Origin: the human T2T-CHM13v2.0 reference genome, Homo sapiens
Length of the DNA stretch: 64,000 nt
Strand: one strand, 5' to 3'
Assembly: GCF_009914755.1 (NCBI RefSeq)
Contig: NC_060926.1
Below the pieces are notes generated by a model that saw only the letters and a program-made list of their open reading frames with translations, did not search any database and was not told the DNA's origin. Positions within the stretch are counted from its first letter, which is position 1. Each line of letters begins with the position of its first letter. Below are positions 25,991 to 38,484 of the stretch, one piece after another. Position numbers and translations under genes: made by a program.

Positions 25991-27262
25991 TTATAATATG
26001 AGTAGTCTTTCCATCATGGTAGGTAGGCTCAGGATACATTTGGAAAGAGGTGAGGAGGTCATTGCATTTTTTTATCCTTTGTTAGAAGAGGACTCACTGC
26101 TGGAAAAGTGGCAGACAGGTGGAGTACCTTCATCAACTCTGACAAAATAGGTGATCACAGAACCAATTAGAATGTGTTTTCAGGAAATGATTTGATTCTG
26201 GATATTTTTACTGGAATATGGGGACTGGGGTTAAAGTCAAGAAATAGTCATGCTTTATTTTGTATTGCTTACACTATTTTCAAAGTTATCATTTCACAGA
26301 ACAATTATAAATCAGCATTCTGCATTAAATCCTCAATGTAAGCAGGCTAGTGCTACACTCTCTTTGAACATGGTTCAAAGAGGTAAAATTAATTGTTAGT
26401 TGCCAATAAACTTCATGCATAGTGGGCCCCTCAGTATATTTGTTAGTGATCTGGCTCATTCTTCTCTTGCCACCCTGTGTCATATCCATTTATAAGGTCT
26501 CTATCTCTCTCTTTCCCTCTGGTTCTCTCTTTTTCTCTCTTTTGATTCCCTTCTCCCCCGCTCATTCTTTGTATTGTTTGGGGAGTTTGGTGAGCAGGCT
26601 TTTGTCAAGAGAAACCTGAATGGCACCCTCCTAGAGAGGAAAAAGCTGCCTTTAAATGCCATTCTTAATTTATGGGTAAGAGCTGCTACGGTACCTGTGT
26701 GAGGTTCCCATGAGAGTTTACTAAATGTGTCTCTGCCAATACCAATGACCGAAAGAGACCTTCCATTAACTTCTGAATTAGCCAAATGGGACAGAGCTTA
26801 ATCTAATATGTGTTATTTCATTTTCTAGGTTACTTGTTTTAAAGGAAATAAAGTATACTCATAGGCTGTCTAAAACTGTCCTGGGAGATGTGCATGGAAG
26901 GACTCCATCTAAACAGTATTGGCTTCTGATAAAGCTGGGTGCATGCCTGAGGGCCCAATTTAGCTTGGTGGATGCCTTTCTCACAGTAGGCAAAGCAAGT
27001 TCCTAACTCCAAAGAGCTTTGAGAGAAATTGCACATTAGTGAAAATGATGAGCGCTTGTACTGGAGTTCTAAGATACTGTGGATAAAGAGGCTTTTTTCT
27101 CTACTGATAGCTCTGCCAATACTAAACTTAAATTCTACTTGGAGGTGGCATTCCTCACAGTAGCAGATCTCTTCTCTTTGGCCTGGTATGACCAGCACTA
27201 TGCACAGTCTAGCCATCATTAGAAGCAGATTGGAAACTGATGAACTGGAGCTAAAGGCTTCT

Positions 27263-27517
27263 GAGGAGGCAGAGTGGTACAGTGGAAGGATAATCAAACT
27301 CACTGCCTGGAGACCAAGTGTCTTTCTCATCTCCGTCGTTAATCAGCTGGGTACTGTTCAACGTAACTCCCCCTGTGCCTCAGTATCTTTTATCTTTCAA
27401 GTGGGGATATTAATATTTACCCTGTATATTTTCACAGGACCATTATATTGATCAAATGAGGTAATAAATATGAAAATGTTTTGCAAACTACAAAACACTA
27501 GACAAATTTAAGTGATT
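27263..27517 (+). mobile_element. MIRc/MIRb, near full length
   Basis: GAGGCAGAGTGGTACAGTGGAA head, CTGTGCCTCAGT core, ATCAAATGAGGTAAT...GTTTTGCAAACTACAAAACACTA tail. Confidence 0.85.
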
Positions 27518-29559
27518 TTGAGTGTGATATGGCATATGGAATAGTCCAACAGGTTACTGAGTTCTTGTAGGTATCTTGGCAATGTCTTCTTGACTCTCTA
27601 GGATTTTCATGAAAGCAAAATTTGCTAAACAGAGCTAGATACATGCAGCTCTCTCTCTTTTTATAGCCAGCCTTCCCAACTGCCAACCCTATTCATAGGA
27701 CTTAGGAATGTGCCAAGGTTAGAAGATTCAGACATGGGGTGTGAGCCATAACTTCTAAATCAGTTTTGGAAGGATGCCAGACCATCAGTTTAGAAAAGTG
27801 ATTTGAGTGTCTTCCTAAGGACAAAGAAATACTTAGAGAGTCTATCTTTCAAGAACATGTTATTGAAACTTGGAATAAAGAGTTTTAAAACGTGAGAACA
27901 CTAGTATTAAAGGCACTCTAAACCAATTACAGTGTATTTACTTGGATTTCAATGGAGGGGATACCCTTTTTATTATTTGTAAGTCTCAAGAACATTAGAA
28001 ACACTTCACTGAAGACAATATAATATCCAAATATGAAGTAGGCTGTTGTTTGTCCATTTAATCCACTTTCTTGCTTTTACCTTCTTTGCGAAGGCAGAAG
28101 AGCACTTATGTGTTTTTAGAATGCATGATGTACACTCAGTAGGCAAGGTACTTTTGGAGAGTTTGCACCCTTTGTCCCCTGGAAAAAACATATTATATTG
28201 TACTTCCCTTACCCTAGGGTTCCATGAAGATGCTGTGTTTGAATAGGATTCACAATAGGGACAGGTTTGTAACCTTGAACCCTTAGCACAGAAAGGCCTA
28301 GTTGTTTCACAGGGCCTAGGGCTCATTCTACATAAATCAAGGGGAGCTTCCCTAAGACCATGGATGGAAACCATAGAGGCCCAAAGGAAACTTGTGTTCA
28401 GAGATGCCCAGTATTTTAAATATCTCTTGTTAACAATGCATTGACTACTTTCAGCTAACAAAACACTCTCTGCATTTTAGTGCCCTTTAGCCAGAGGATG
28501 GTAATTAAACAGAAAGAATATCCACTTTTTCCTGGTAGGTTCACTGTTTGGGTTTGAAATGAGTTTGGGGACCCAATGGTGCATTGTTGAGTCTCTATAT
28601 GTCCTTATACACATCAAACTATGGGGTTTTCCTCATGCCAGCCACAAATGCCTAGTTGGATGGGCTTTTTATTTGGCTCCTATTTTTCTTCCTGTTGTGG
28701 AAGACTCTCCTCCTGCTTAGACAGGCTCTGACAATCTGTCATGCCCATAGAATGGTTCTTGGTGCTTTCCTGTTCTAGGACAACTTCCTAAGCCTTGCAT
28801 GTCACAGTGGTACTTGGGTTCTCCTTCAGCATGATGGACACATTCTCCTCATCAACACTTGAGTTGAGTCTTGGGACTAAGTCTTCTGGGTCTCACTTTG
28901 TAGACTAGCTCCTCAGAGACTGCAATGAGATGGAGTGGGTTTCTTCCAGGCCTTCTGAGACTCTATGGGTTCTCTCCCTCTTGCCAACTGCCTCTTCTCA
29001 GTGCAATGCCAAGAACAAGAGCTTGTTGTACATTTTATTCCTACCTCTACCATTACTACTTCCTGTGAACTTAAGCCAATTACTTCACACCCCTGTAGCA
29101 AGATATCTTCCTACCTTCTTAGGCCAGAAGGGTAACTGCTCTAACACAGAGATCCCCCAATTATATTGACTTAAACCCAGTAAAACAGAAGGGCCAAAAT
29201 TGGTTTCAAGTCAGTAGAGGGCATTCCTGTTCCACGAAGACATTCAAAGACCCCAACTGACAGAAGCTCTGCCATCAGCAACCTGTGGTTTCGAAGGTCA
29301 CAATGCATCAGTGGCTTCAGGTGACAGAAAGGGAAGTTCCCATGGGGAATCTGCGCTGTCTTCTTGAGGCCCTGGCCCAGAAGTGGCACAATCACTTTCT
29401 TTCACACTCTGTTGACAAATATGAGTCATAAAACCATGTAGGAGTTGAGGTGGGAAGCTGAGAAATCTACTTCCCAGCAACAACTCCAAAGTATGGAAGG
29501 AGGAACAGAAATTGTGTTGCATAGCTGCCTCTGCCATATACCAGGCTGGGTTACTTGGG

Positions 29560-29805
29560 TTACTATCAAATGTGGTAGTTATGAGTGTGGGCTGATTTTG
29601 AATGGGCCTCTGCCAGTCACTAGTTTTGTGATGATGAACAAGTAATTTAAACAATCTAGGCTTCAGTTGCTTTATCTTTAAATGGCGGCAGTTTAGGACC
29701 TATCGGACAGAATTATTGTGAGGAGCAAGTGAGTTAAGTCATGTGGAGAACCTGGGACAGAACATGACACCTATAACTACTCAATGAATGTTAGTGGCTT
29801 TTATT
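29560..29805 (+). mobile_element. MIR SINE
   Basis: CTCTGCCAGTCACTAGT, CTTCAGTT..TTTATCTTTAAATGG, TTGTGAGGAG..AGTGAGTTAA, CTCAATGAATGTTAG. Confidence 0.8.
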
Positions 29806-30039
29806 TCTCACTCAACCACTTTGAGATCCTGTTAAGACTCAAGATTGAGTCTTATGGCAGAATGAGATATTTATTTCCTTTGTGATGGCTTTTGAAACAG
29901 AGTACTTCTGTACTTAATGGTGGCTTTAATAATAACAATGCCTACTTCTTGAGGTCATAAACAATCTAAAATTTCAAACACAGATTCAAGGAAAGAGACA
30001 GAGACAGAAATGGGGTGAGGGGGAGTAGAGAGACTCACC

Positions 30040-30271
30040 ATTGGCCTGGCTGGATCTTTCTTATATCTGTGTTGCAGTGGAGATTCTTTCTATCCAGCCT
30101 TCCTTCTTTCCCCCTCTCTTTCACAAGGTCAGACTTATGGCATGGTCTGAAGACTCACTCTGCCTTCTCCAGCTCTGTCCCCTTCAGCCTTGACAAGTAC
30201 TTCCTCATTAAATCTCTCACACATTTAATCCCATCCTGGCATCTGCGTCTCAGAGAACCCAAACTAATACA
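30040..30271 (+). mobile_element. LTR16-family (ERVL) LTR 3' half
   Basis: Ends ATTAAATCTCTCACACATTTAATCCCATCCTGGCATCTGCGTCTCAGAGAACCCAAACTAATACA, a typical LTR16 terminus. Confidence 0.75.
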
Positions 30272-30629
30272 CAAAATAAATATTTCACGTGTATGTACTC
30301 AACATAAAGTGAGTCTCTCCCCAGTTGTCCTAACTCAAACCACAAGAAACTCTTTCTCCAATTTTTTTGTAACTCTACTTAAAGCTCATGCAGATACTTT
30401 ATTTATGTGGGCATTGGCCAGTTTTCTATACCACTTAGTGCTACCTTTCTCAGATTATAGCCTATAAAACATATGCAAGTAGATGGAAAAACCTGCCATA
30501 CAGCTAGACGAGATGATTTTGGAGCGTAAAAAAGTGTGAGCTTGTGTCAGGAAGTGCCTCTGCAGGGCAGCACAGGGATGTGCTGGAGGAGTATCCTGCT
30601 GGCTTCTCCGTGGCTCCGTGTTTTGAGGA

Positions 30630-31470
30630 ATAGCAAGTGAGTACCTGCCTGGCACTATGACAGGTACTGGGACTACAGGAGCAAGGCCCACTCCTTGCCT
30701 TCAGAGTGCTTACAGCCTGGCCGGACATGAACAGCTAAACAGAAAGTTGCAATTCCAACTGATGGGTGCTAGGATAGGATGGTGTATTAGTCAGGGTTCT
30801 CTAAAGGGACAGAACAAATAGGATAGATGAATATATGAAGAAGAGTTTAGTAGCATTACTGACTCACATTATCACATGGTGAAGTCCACAACAGGCTGTC
30901 TGCAAGCTGAGGAGCCAGGAAGCCAGTCCAAGTCCCAAAACCTCAAAAGTAGGGAAGCCCATTGTGCAGCCTTTACTCTGTGGCCGAAGGCCCAAGAGCC
31001 CCTGGCAAATCACTGGTGTTAAGTCCAAGAGTCCAAAACCTGAAGAACTTAGAGTCTGATGTTCGAGGACAGGAAGCATCCAGCATGGGAGAAAGATGGA
31101 GGCCAGAAGACTCAGCAAGTCTAGTCCTTCCGCGTTCTTCTGCATGCTTTATTCTAGCTGCACTGGCAGCCAATTAGATTGGCCCCACTCAGATTGAGGG
31201 TGGGTCTGCCTCTCCCAGTCCACTGACTCAAATGTTAATCTCTTTTGGCAACACCCTCACAGACACACCCAGGAACAGTACTGTGCAGCCTTCAATCCAG
31301 TCAAGTTGGCACTCAATATTAACCATCACAGATGGCTGCCTAGGAAAGGTGAAAACTGAGCTGCATTGCAGAGGTGAAGTCAAAGTTGCCCAGAGGCAGA
31401 TGGGAGGGAAAGGGCACTCCAGGTGTCAAAGCAGCTGGTGTCTGGGTTTGAGGCAATGACAGCATAGAGA
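30630..31470 (-). mobile_element. L2 fragment interrupted by MLT2A2
   Basis: CCTGGCACTATG..GGTACTGGGACTACAG..TGCCTTCAGAGTGCTTACAGCCTGG on the left; GGCTGCCTAGGAAAGGTGA..TGAGCTG..GAAAGGGCACTCCAGG on the right. Confidence 0.7.
30783..31330 (-). mobile_element. MLT2A2-like (HERV-L) solo LTR, full length
   Basis: TG...CA termini (TGTATTAGTCAGGGTTCTCT ... ATATTAACCATCACA), 548 bp, perfect 5-bp TSD GATGG (30778-30782 / 31331-31335). Confidence 0.93.
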
Positions 31471-32442
31471 AAGTCTAGTCATTCTGCCTGTGGGGCCAGT
31501 GGAGCTGGTGGGGATAGATGGGGGCCTGGGCAGTAAACAGCTTTTGTGTTCTCCAAGAGTGAGAGCTCTGATAACTGCTCTAATATAATGGGGTTGATAC
31601 CGTCATGGGGGCTCATGGAGCATGTTGCTATTGTCGTTGGAATGGCAGTGTACTTCAAACATCTATAAACTCTCTTAGAACAACGACATGCATTCATCAG
31701 CAATGACTTAATGAAAATTATAATAAATGGAGAAAATAAATATATTTTTTCACCTTTAATTAGCACCTCTTGGTGACTCACTTTGCTGCTTTCTTTTATT
31801 TGTTCTGAAAATATATCCATTAAGCCTCAAGAGATAAGGTATGGTGCAGGGTACATGGGTAGATACTAGCATCTTAGACTTCGTTAATGATTTTACATGC
31901 AACTAATCCTTTAAACCAATTAAATAAAATCATGCCGTCAGCCACACATGTGCCCCTCTAGCCTTTACCAGTGTATATGAAGGAGTCCTGCTTCTTTATT
32001 CCCACCTCTTCTCCTGCTCTTCCTTTTCCTCTCCTTCCCTTATCTTCTTCCTGCTTCTTGGTCAGCCTTCCTCCCAGCCAGGCTCTGAATAGGCAGTTTC
32101 TAGTTGGTGCCCCTGGGGGTATGGAAAGGCTCTTGGCTCTGCCTGTGCTTTCTTCAGGCCAGACAGTTTGACCACACTTGGTTACCACCCTCTGAACTCT
32201 TGAGTTTCAGTGCCGCGTGGGGTACCTGGAAACATGAACCTGGACGACCTCCCCTCCCACACCATGGACATGCCCTACCCATAATATTTCTCCCTATCTT
32301 CCAGTTCCTGAGAACAGCCTGCCCTCATCCCAGTTCTTTGAAAGATCAGATAATATGTAGTTCAGTGTAGCAGCTATGGAAGCCTAGTTGCATGTACCTA
32401 CCCAATGATATAGATACATTACAGACTCTTCTGTGGCCTTTT

Positions 32443-32458
32443 TGAGTCAGCTGACTCA
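32443..32458. promoter_or_regulatory. Palindromic double AP-1/ARE site with central E-box
   Basis: TGAGTCAGCTGACTCA is a perfect 16-bp palindrome; function inferred only. Confidence 0.45.
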
Positions 32459-34332
32459 GAAGAGCTTCTAAAGGTTTCCTGTAGGGACTTGCTGCTGTTA
32501 AGACTGCCCCAAACAGGGGGCTCAAATCTTTCAAGTTCAATCAACCTCATTAGGCAAACCCAGAGGTATAAAAAGCTGTGTTTACAGTCAAAAAATAGAG
32601 ATCATTGGTTTTATCAGTGACATGCTTCTAAAATAGCAGACACCTTATGTGTAAAAATATTGTTTCACTTCCACTCAACTTTTCCAGGAATGTGTGTGTC
32701 ACGCAAAACAAGACACACCTGTATAGCCTCTGAAGGGTGCAGGTCCTGTCTGCTGCTTCATTCTCTCACTACTGAAAATAAATGTGTTAAAGACTCGCCA
32801 CACATAGGGATATTTTATTTTAAGCTAATTGGACACAAATAATTTTAATTTGGGTTATGATCCAGATGAAACTGTAAATGAACTTTTATTTTAAGCCAAA
32901 TCTATCTGTCTAAGTGGCCCCACCAAATTTTTTTCTGCCATTGAAGAGCATGCTCCTTCTCACCCTTTTGGATTCTGCTAGCACAGATATTCTTTAAAAA
33001 ACAGGTAGGCTTCTCCCGTCTATGTGGTTCTTCTTTGTCTGCCAGGTGCTGTTGAAGGGCAAAGGGCATTTTAAAGCATTGGTCTTCACATAATGCTACC
33101 ACCTTGCTCTTAGCTTCTTCCATCACCACATGAAAGTTGCGGTTAAAAAACACACATCAAAGAGCAAGTCCCATTGAAAAGGCGAGAGCTGCCTGCTGAG
33201 CTGGCATTCAGAGCCTGGCTTTTGTTTCAGTGGCGACTCTGACTGTCTTCCAGCGAGTTTCCTGTTAACTCTGGTGTGGGTTCTGACTCGCTCTTGATGA
33301 TATTGGAGTGTGTGTTTGTGGCACTCACTTTTAATCAGTGCATTTGAGTTTCTGAAGCAAGAACTTCTTTCTCCAGCAGGTTGAAACTTTTGAATGGAAA
33401 CATCATGTTTGGGCCAGATATGTGTTTAACTTGGGGATATAAATTTTAAATCTGGGTCCTCAAACCTACCATGAATTTTAGGAAGGGAGATTTCGGGCTT
33501 TTTTTCCCCCATTTATTTCTTGTTTGATAAATATGTCCATCTTTTTGAGAGAGAGAGGCTGCCATGAAGGAGTTATGTGGGAATCATGGCAAGAGGCTGC
33601 TCTCTGGCTGTCTGCATCCAACTCAGTTCCCCCTGTCTTGCCCTGACCCCCTGTTTTACCTGTAAACCAGAGGGTGTGAGAGATTGACTCTCAGCTAGCC
33701 CAGCCACTGATTTGCAACCAGTGGGCACCTGCTGCAAGTTCAGAAGGTTGGGCTGAAGTGGGAACTGCATTATCCACAGATATTTACAAGTCTGACAACT
33801 TCATGCATATCTCTTATGAGATTGCCTGACCAGCCATAGCCATACCTGGTTAAAAGGACCCTCACTTACTATATCCTTGCCGATAGGCTGCCATTTATTG
33901 TGCATCAATACCCAGGATTCCAGAGCACCATTTGCTTAAGTGGCAGCCAGACCAACATTAGGCCCAGTTGTGAATGAGTCAAAACATATCTTCCCCAGCT
34001 CGCTCTTTGTCCTCTCTTACTTTCCTCCTACTCCATCCTCTCATTGACTTTTAGACCCTTTTCACTCCATAAATAACAAAGGTTCATGGAGCTCTGTGAA
34101 TAGCTTAGCTTGGTTAATGTTTTCCACACTTGTTCTACAAAGAGCCTTTTACCCAGTCCCTACCCTCTGCACCAAGCAGAGCAGTGCTTCCATTCTTATG
34201 TGTTTTTATATATTGAACATGAATTAAAGGTTGACTTAAGGAAAGAAATCTACTGCTAGAATGTCTTTGAAATCTACCACTTCTATTTAAACACACTCAT
34301 CCTACAGATGAGGAAAATAACTTCCAGGGTGG

Positions 34333-34910
34333 GATCAGGGCTCAGAACATGATACCCCAAAATATGATACCTTGACATGCTGAGTATTTTTGAGCTGAAG
34401 GAGACAGGAAAGCCTCTGAAGCAAGAAGGTCTCTCTGACCTTCTCCTGCTCTTCTGTCTCCCACTCCTCTTACTCCCCTAGAGCAAACCATAAAACCTAG
34501 AAAGATCACTCTCTGACCTACCTCCTCTGAAAATTGATCATCAGACCCTCATGCGACAGTTATCCTGCCCTGTACCTGGAGGGAAGGAGTACTACCACAG
34601 AGGAGCCAGGAAGAATCTGAGCAGACAGGCCTTGCTGGGTTTCCCTGCCTTAGTCTATTACCATTAGACTATACACTTTTAACCAATTATGTTTTCTACA
34701 ACTATCTGTGTTTTCCCCCAAACTTAACATAAAACATGCAGTTTTCCCTGAGTCTTTTCGTCTGCATTTCTGAAGGCTCCTGGTTTCACATAAAACATTG
34801 ATAAATAAATTTGTTATGCTTCTCTCTTGCTGACACATCTTTTGTTATAGGAGTGCTGGCCGTGACTGCTGTGGTGCGTAAGGAAAAGGTATTACCTCTT
34901 TGCCCCTATA
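34333..34910 (+). mobile_element. MER31/MER67-family (ERV1) solo LTR inserted in a MIR
   Basis: ATACCCCAAAATATG, AAGAATCTGAGCAGACAGGCCTTGCT, TCTGAAGGCTCC, AATAAA; 4-bp TSD GTGG (34329-34332 / 34911-34914); antisense MIR core on both flanks. Confidence 0.8.
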
Positions 34911-35845
34911 GTGGTTATGGTACTTAAACAAGTTAATTTGGTGGCTGAGTCTGAATTAGAACTCAGATTTCCCTAGTCATCCTCCTGTGCATTTTCATTC
35001 GTATCACCCTGTATAAAATATTTGTTCTCCCTGGGGCTTATGCGTTTTGAAAAGAGTCAAAATTTAGGTTCATATTCAATGATAGACTTTAGCAAACTCT
35101 ACAAATGAGCTTTAGTCATAAGCCACAGTTGGAGGGTTCATGTGCTTGCATATGCAATGGTGGCCTTAAAACCCTCCCAGAGACTGAAATTGCAACATAT
35201 TTGCTGGCCTCTTGCTCTATCCCCAAGGGCGGCAAACCTGGTGCTTCCTCTACCTTTCTGTGGCAGGCATCACAAGGATTTGCTATGCTGGCTAATGTCC
35301 CTGTTGTCTTCTATGAGAAGCTCTAATCAGAAATAGCTTCTGTCTGCAGTCGTTATTATGCCTCATGAGAAAATTCAGGGGCCATCTTCCTGAATGAGTA
35401 ACGTGAACAGGAATGAAGTTCTCCAGAAGGTCTCAGGTTGACTCCATGATATCACAGTGCACCCACTCTATGCAAAGCTTCTCTGGGATTTCCATAAAAA
35501 TTTCCACTATCTAAATCTCATTTGCATTCCTTTCTTAATTGATTCTGAACCAGCCCTCATTCCCTTAGTGATACCTCCATAAAACAACTTATTTCCACTC
35601 TTGAATAGCCACGCTAACAAGAATGGGTGATTTCTACCTGTGGAAGAAAAAGTATCATTCCAGTGTAAACTGGATTTGCCGCCCACGTTGTAGAAATTCT
35701 GCTTTCTTGAGTAATTGAGGTGCTCTTTTGAGATTTTTGTTGCCATTCCTAAGGTGAACTGTGCACTTAAAGATCTTGCTATACATTTGTATAATGCTTT
35801 ATCAATTTATAAAGCATTATGAAATGCATTATTTTGTTGAATTCT

Positions 35846-36199
35846 TGATATGGTTTGGCACTGGGTCCCCACCAAAATCTCATCTTGAATTCTACTTCCA
35901 TGATTCCCATGTGCTGTGGGAGGGACCCAGTGGGAGATAATCGAATCATGGGTGTGGTTTTCCCCATACTGTTCTTGTGGTAGTGAATAAATCTCACGAG
36001 ATCTGATGGTTTTGTAAAGGGGGTTCCGCTTTCGCTTCTCTCTCATTCTCTCTTGCCACTGCTATGTGAGAAGTACCTTTTGCCTTCCGCCATGATCGTG
36101 GGGCCTCCCTAGCCACATGGAACTGTGAGTCCATTAAACCTGTTTTCCTTCCCAGTCTCAGGTATGACTTTATCAGCAGTGTAAAAATGGACTAATACA
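35846..36199 (+). mobile_element. THE1 (B-like) MaLR solo LTR, full length
   Basis: TGATATGGTTTGGC ... GGACTAATACA, 354 bp, perfect 5-bp TSD ATTCT (35841-35845 / 36200-36204). Confidence 0.95.
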
Positions 36200-36656
36200 A
36201 TTCTAAAAGCCAAACTGCCAAGTAGCTGAAGCAGGTGGAGCCAGGATACTAAGGGTTGGAAAAGGGAGATCACCTTTCAAGAGGGAACCCATGTTTTCTG
36301 ACTCCTCAGTACCAAGCTCCACATGTTTGGGAAGCAGTCACTTGCTGGAGAACTTGGGAAAGAGATATACTTGCTAGGAGTTACATGAAAACTGTAGTTA
36401 TTGCACTGTTTCCAGTATCCAGCAAGAGGCAAGAGAGTTGGAGTTGGCTTTCCTTGCATACAACCCTTAACCAGCAAAGCATCCCCACAGTCCCTTACTC
36501 TCATCACCTAGGTGCCATTTCCCTTCCACTTCAGCCCTACCTTCCCTAATTTTCTGACCTCCTACCTTATTAACTCTTGATTTTAGAATGGTGGAATAGT
36601 ACACCCTTTGGGGGCTGATGCTGATGTGTGCATTTACCTGATTGCCTGCCTGTATT

Positions 36657-36804
36657 TTCATTCATGCATTTATTTAAAAATATCTAATCACCTTCTACTG
36701 TGTACCAGGCACTGTGTAGCAGGAAGAAGATGGAGATACAATGTTGAACAAAGTAGACTTTCTGCCCCCTTGGAGCTTGCAATCCTGAGGGTGAGGGGAA
36801 GATA
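36657..36804 (-). mobile_element. L2 3' end
   Basis: TTCATTCATGCATT..CTACTGTGTACCAGGCACTGTG..CTGCCCCCTTGGAGCTTGCAATC. Confidence 0.8.
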
Positions 36805-36805
36805 T

Positions 36806-37250
36806 TCTATTACTCAAAGGTTTTGCTTGCAAGCAATAGACTCTAAAATTGGTTAACTAGAGCAGAAATGGAATTTATAAATTCTCACAGCACCAATGGG
36901 AATCTTAATAACCAAATTCAAATTCATAAATAGGCAAGCTCTAAAGGAAGCTTGGTAGCAGGGCCACATAGCCAAGGTAGCGCTGCAGAACAGTCTAGGT
37001 TGTACCTGTCACTGCCACTGCTGTCCTGGAAATTTGGTGCCCTTGCAGCTTCATTCTCATGGCTGTCACCCTGAATAGTTTCTCAATTTTCTCTTTGTTT
37101 TGCTTTATTTCCTTAAGGTTTAAAATCTCAAGTAAGGATGTTAGATTGTTTGAGTCTACACTCTAGCTACATGCAGTATTAAAAGGGATAACTGGGTCCT
37201 TTCCTTTCTGTAGTGGGAGGTGAAGGTTTTCTCTTCAACAGCACACACCT
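36806..37250 (-). mobile_element. old MLT1 (L/M/N-like) LTR
   Basis: TTGCAAGCAATAGA..AACTAGAGCAGAAATGGAATTTAT start; CTTTCTGTAGTGGGAGGTG near the end. Confidence 0.55.
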
Positions 37251-37539
37251 CTGAGTTTATTCCTCAATCCTTGGGATCTCTTGCAATTGTGAAGGGCCAT
37301 GTGAATCATGATAAATTTAAAAATCTTATACTAAGAGTAATGCGTGGCCAGTGAAGTGCTTCAAGGTTGAAAGTAATATGGGTCAGTTTACATTTGCAAA
37401 AGAAATTTCAGTGGCATTACAGTAAGTCTGGAACAGAAACCAGACAGCAACATGCTTTCCACAAGAAATTTTAAACCAACTAAATGATTTATATTTGAAT
37501 TATAACTTGTAAAATTAAAGTAATTCATGCATATTATAA

Positions 37540-37958
37540 TAATTTGGGGTAATTAATGCTAGATGCTGTAACAACCCCAAACTCTCATTGGCTTATTTTC
37601 TTATTCACATAAAGTCCAGTGTAGATGTTGTTAGTTAACAACAAGTGGTCTTCAAAATAGTTCTTCAAGGACCCAGGTTCTTTGCATCTGATGGATCCAT
37701 CATCCCTTCTGGCCTTTGATTCTTTTTGCTGGAGACTTGGTATTTGATCAGGGATCAGGGAAAGAGAGAGGGTAAAAGATCATGTGATACATTTTTATGG
37801 GCTATGCACAGAGACGCTGTTATCACTTTCTCTCACATTCCATTGGCTAATACTCAGTCACATGGCCATCCACCTTCAAAGGAGGCTGGGAAATGTAGTC
37901 TGTGTGTCCAGGAAGTAAAGGGAACAGGTTTTGATGAACACATAGCAGCCTGCAACGT
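37540..37958 (-). mobile_element. MLT1I/J-like LTR
   Basis: TGCTGTAACAACCCCAAA, GGACCCAGG, TCACTTTCTCTCACATTCCATTGGC..AGTCACATGGCC, GGAGGCTGGGAAATGTAGTC. Confidence 0.8.
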
Positions 37959-38263
37959 ACAAATAGCTTAAAAATTTATAGGCACAGAGGCTTACAACAA
38001 AAAATTGAAAAATAAACTCTTTTCTACCTCCTAGCCCATTGGCAGTGCCCTGAGTAATGTACCTCTGATTCCTTTTTTAGAGCATGTGACAGCAAGATTG
38101 CCTCTATGTTTAGCTCAATGTAACATACATGTTGTGAAGCAGGAGAAAGCATTACATTTCAGATTATTAGAGTAATTCCAGGTCAAAGATCCAGAGTTCA
38201 GTGAGGTGTGTCACCCACCAGCCATTTGGGTTGAAGCATCAAGGTGTCCCCATCACTTTAGGG

Positions 38264-38484
38264 CAGGGTTTCTCAGTCTCAGCACTACTCACATTTTGGA
38301 ATGGGTAATTCTTTGTTGATAGGGGCTGTCCTATATATTGTAAGATGTTTAGCAGCATTCCTTGGCTCTACCCACTAGGTAGTAGTAGTAGTAGTACCCC
38401 TCCCCTTACTTGTGACAATTGAGCATTCCCTGACATTGCATATGTATCCTGGAAAGTAAAATAACCCCTAGTTAGGAACCACTG
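38264..38484 (-). mobile_element. MER20 (hAT-Charlie), full length
   Basis: CAGGGTTTCTCAGTCTCAGCACTA...GATGTTTAGCAGCAT...CTCTACCCACTAG...GAACCACTG terminal inverted repeats. Confidence 0.92.

Noticed and set aside
26839-27330. Longest ORF (163 aa), plus 28006-28461, 30015-30467 and 60281-60742
   Set aside because: Composition looks like random non-coding translation, several overlap MIR/LTR/L2, no recognisable domain or coherent splice structure.
28240-28425. Possible hAT-Tip100-like MITE fragment
   Set aside because: Could not place terminal repeats or match a family with confidence.
31620-31690. TGGCAGTGTA (miR-34/449-like 5' end) inside an 8-bp inverted repeat TGTCGTTG/CAACGACA
   Set aside because: The rest does not match the mature miRNAs and the interior does not pair into a pre-miRNA stem.
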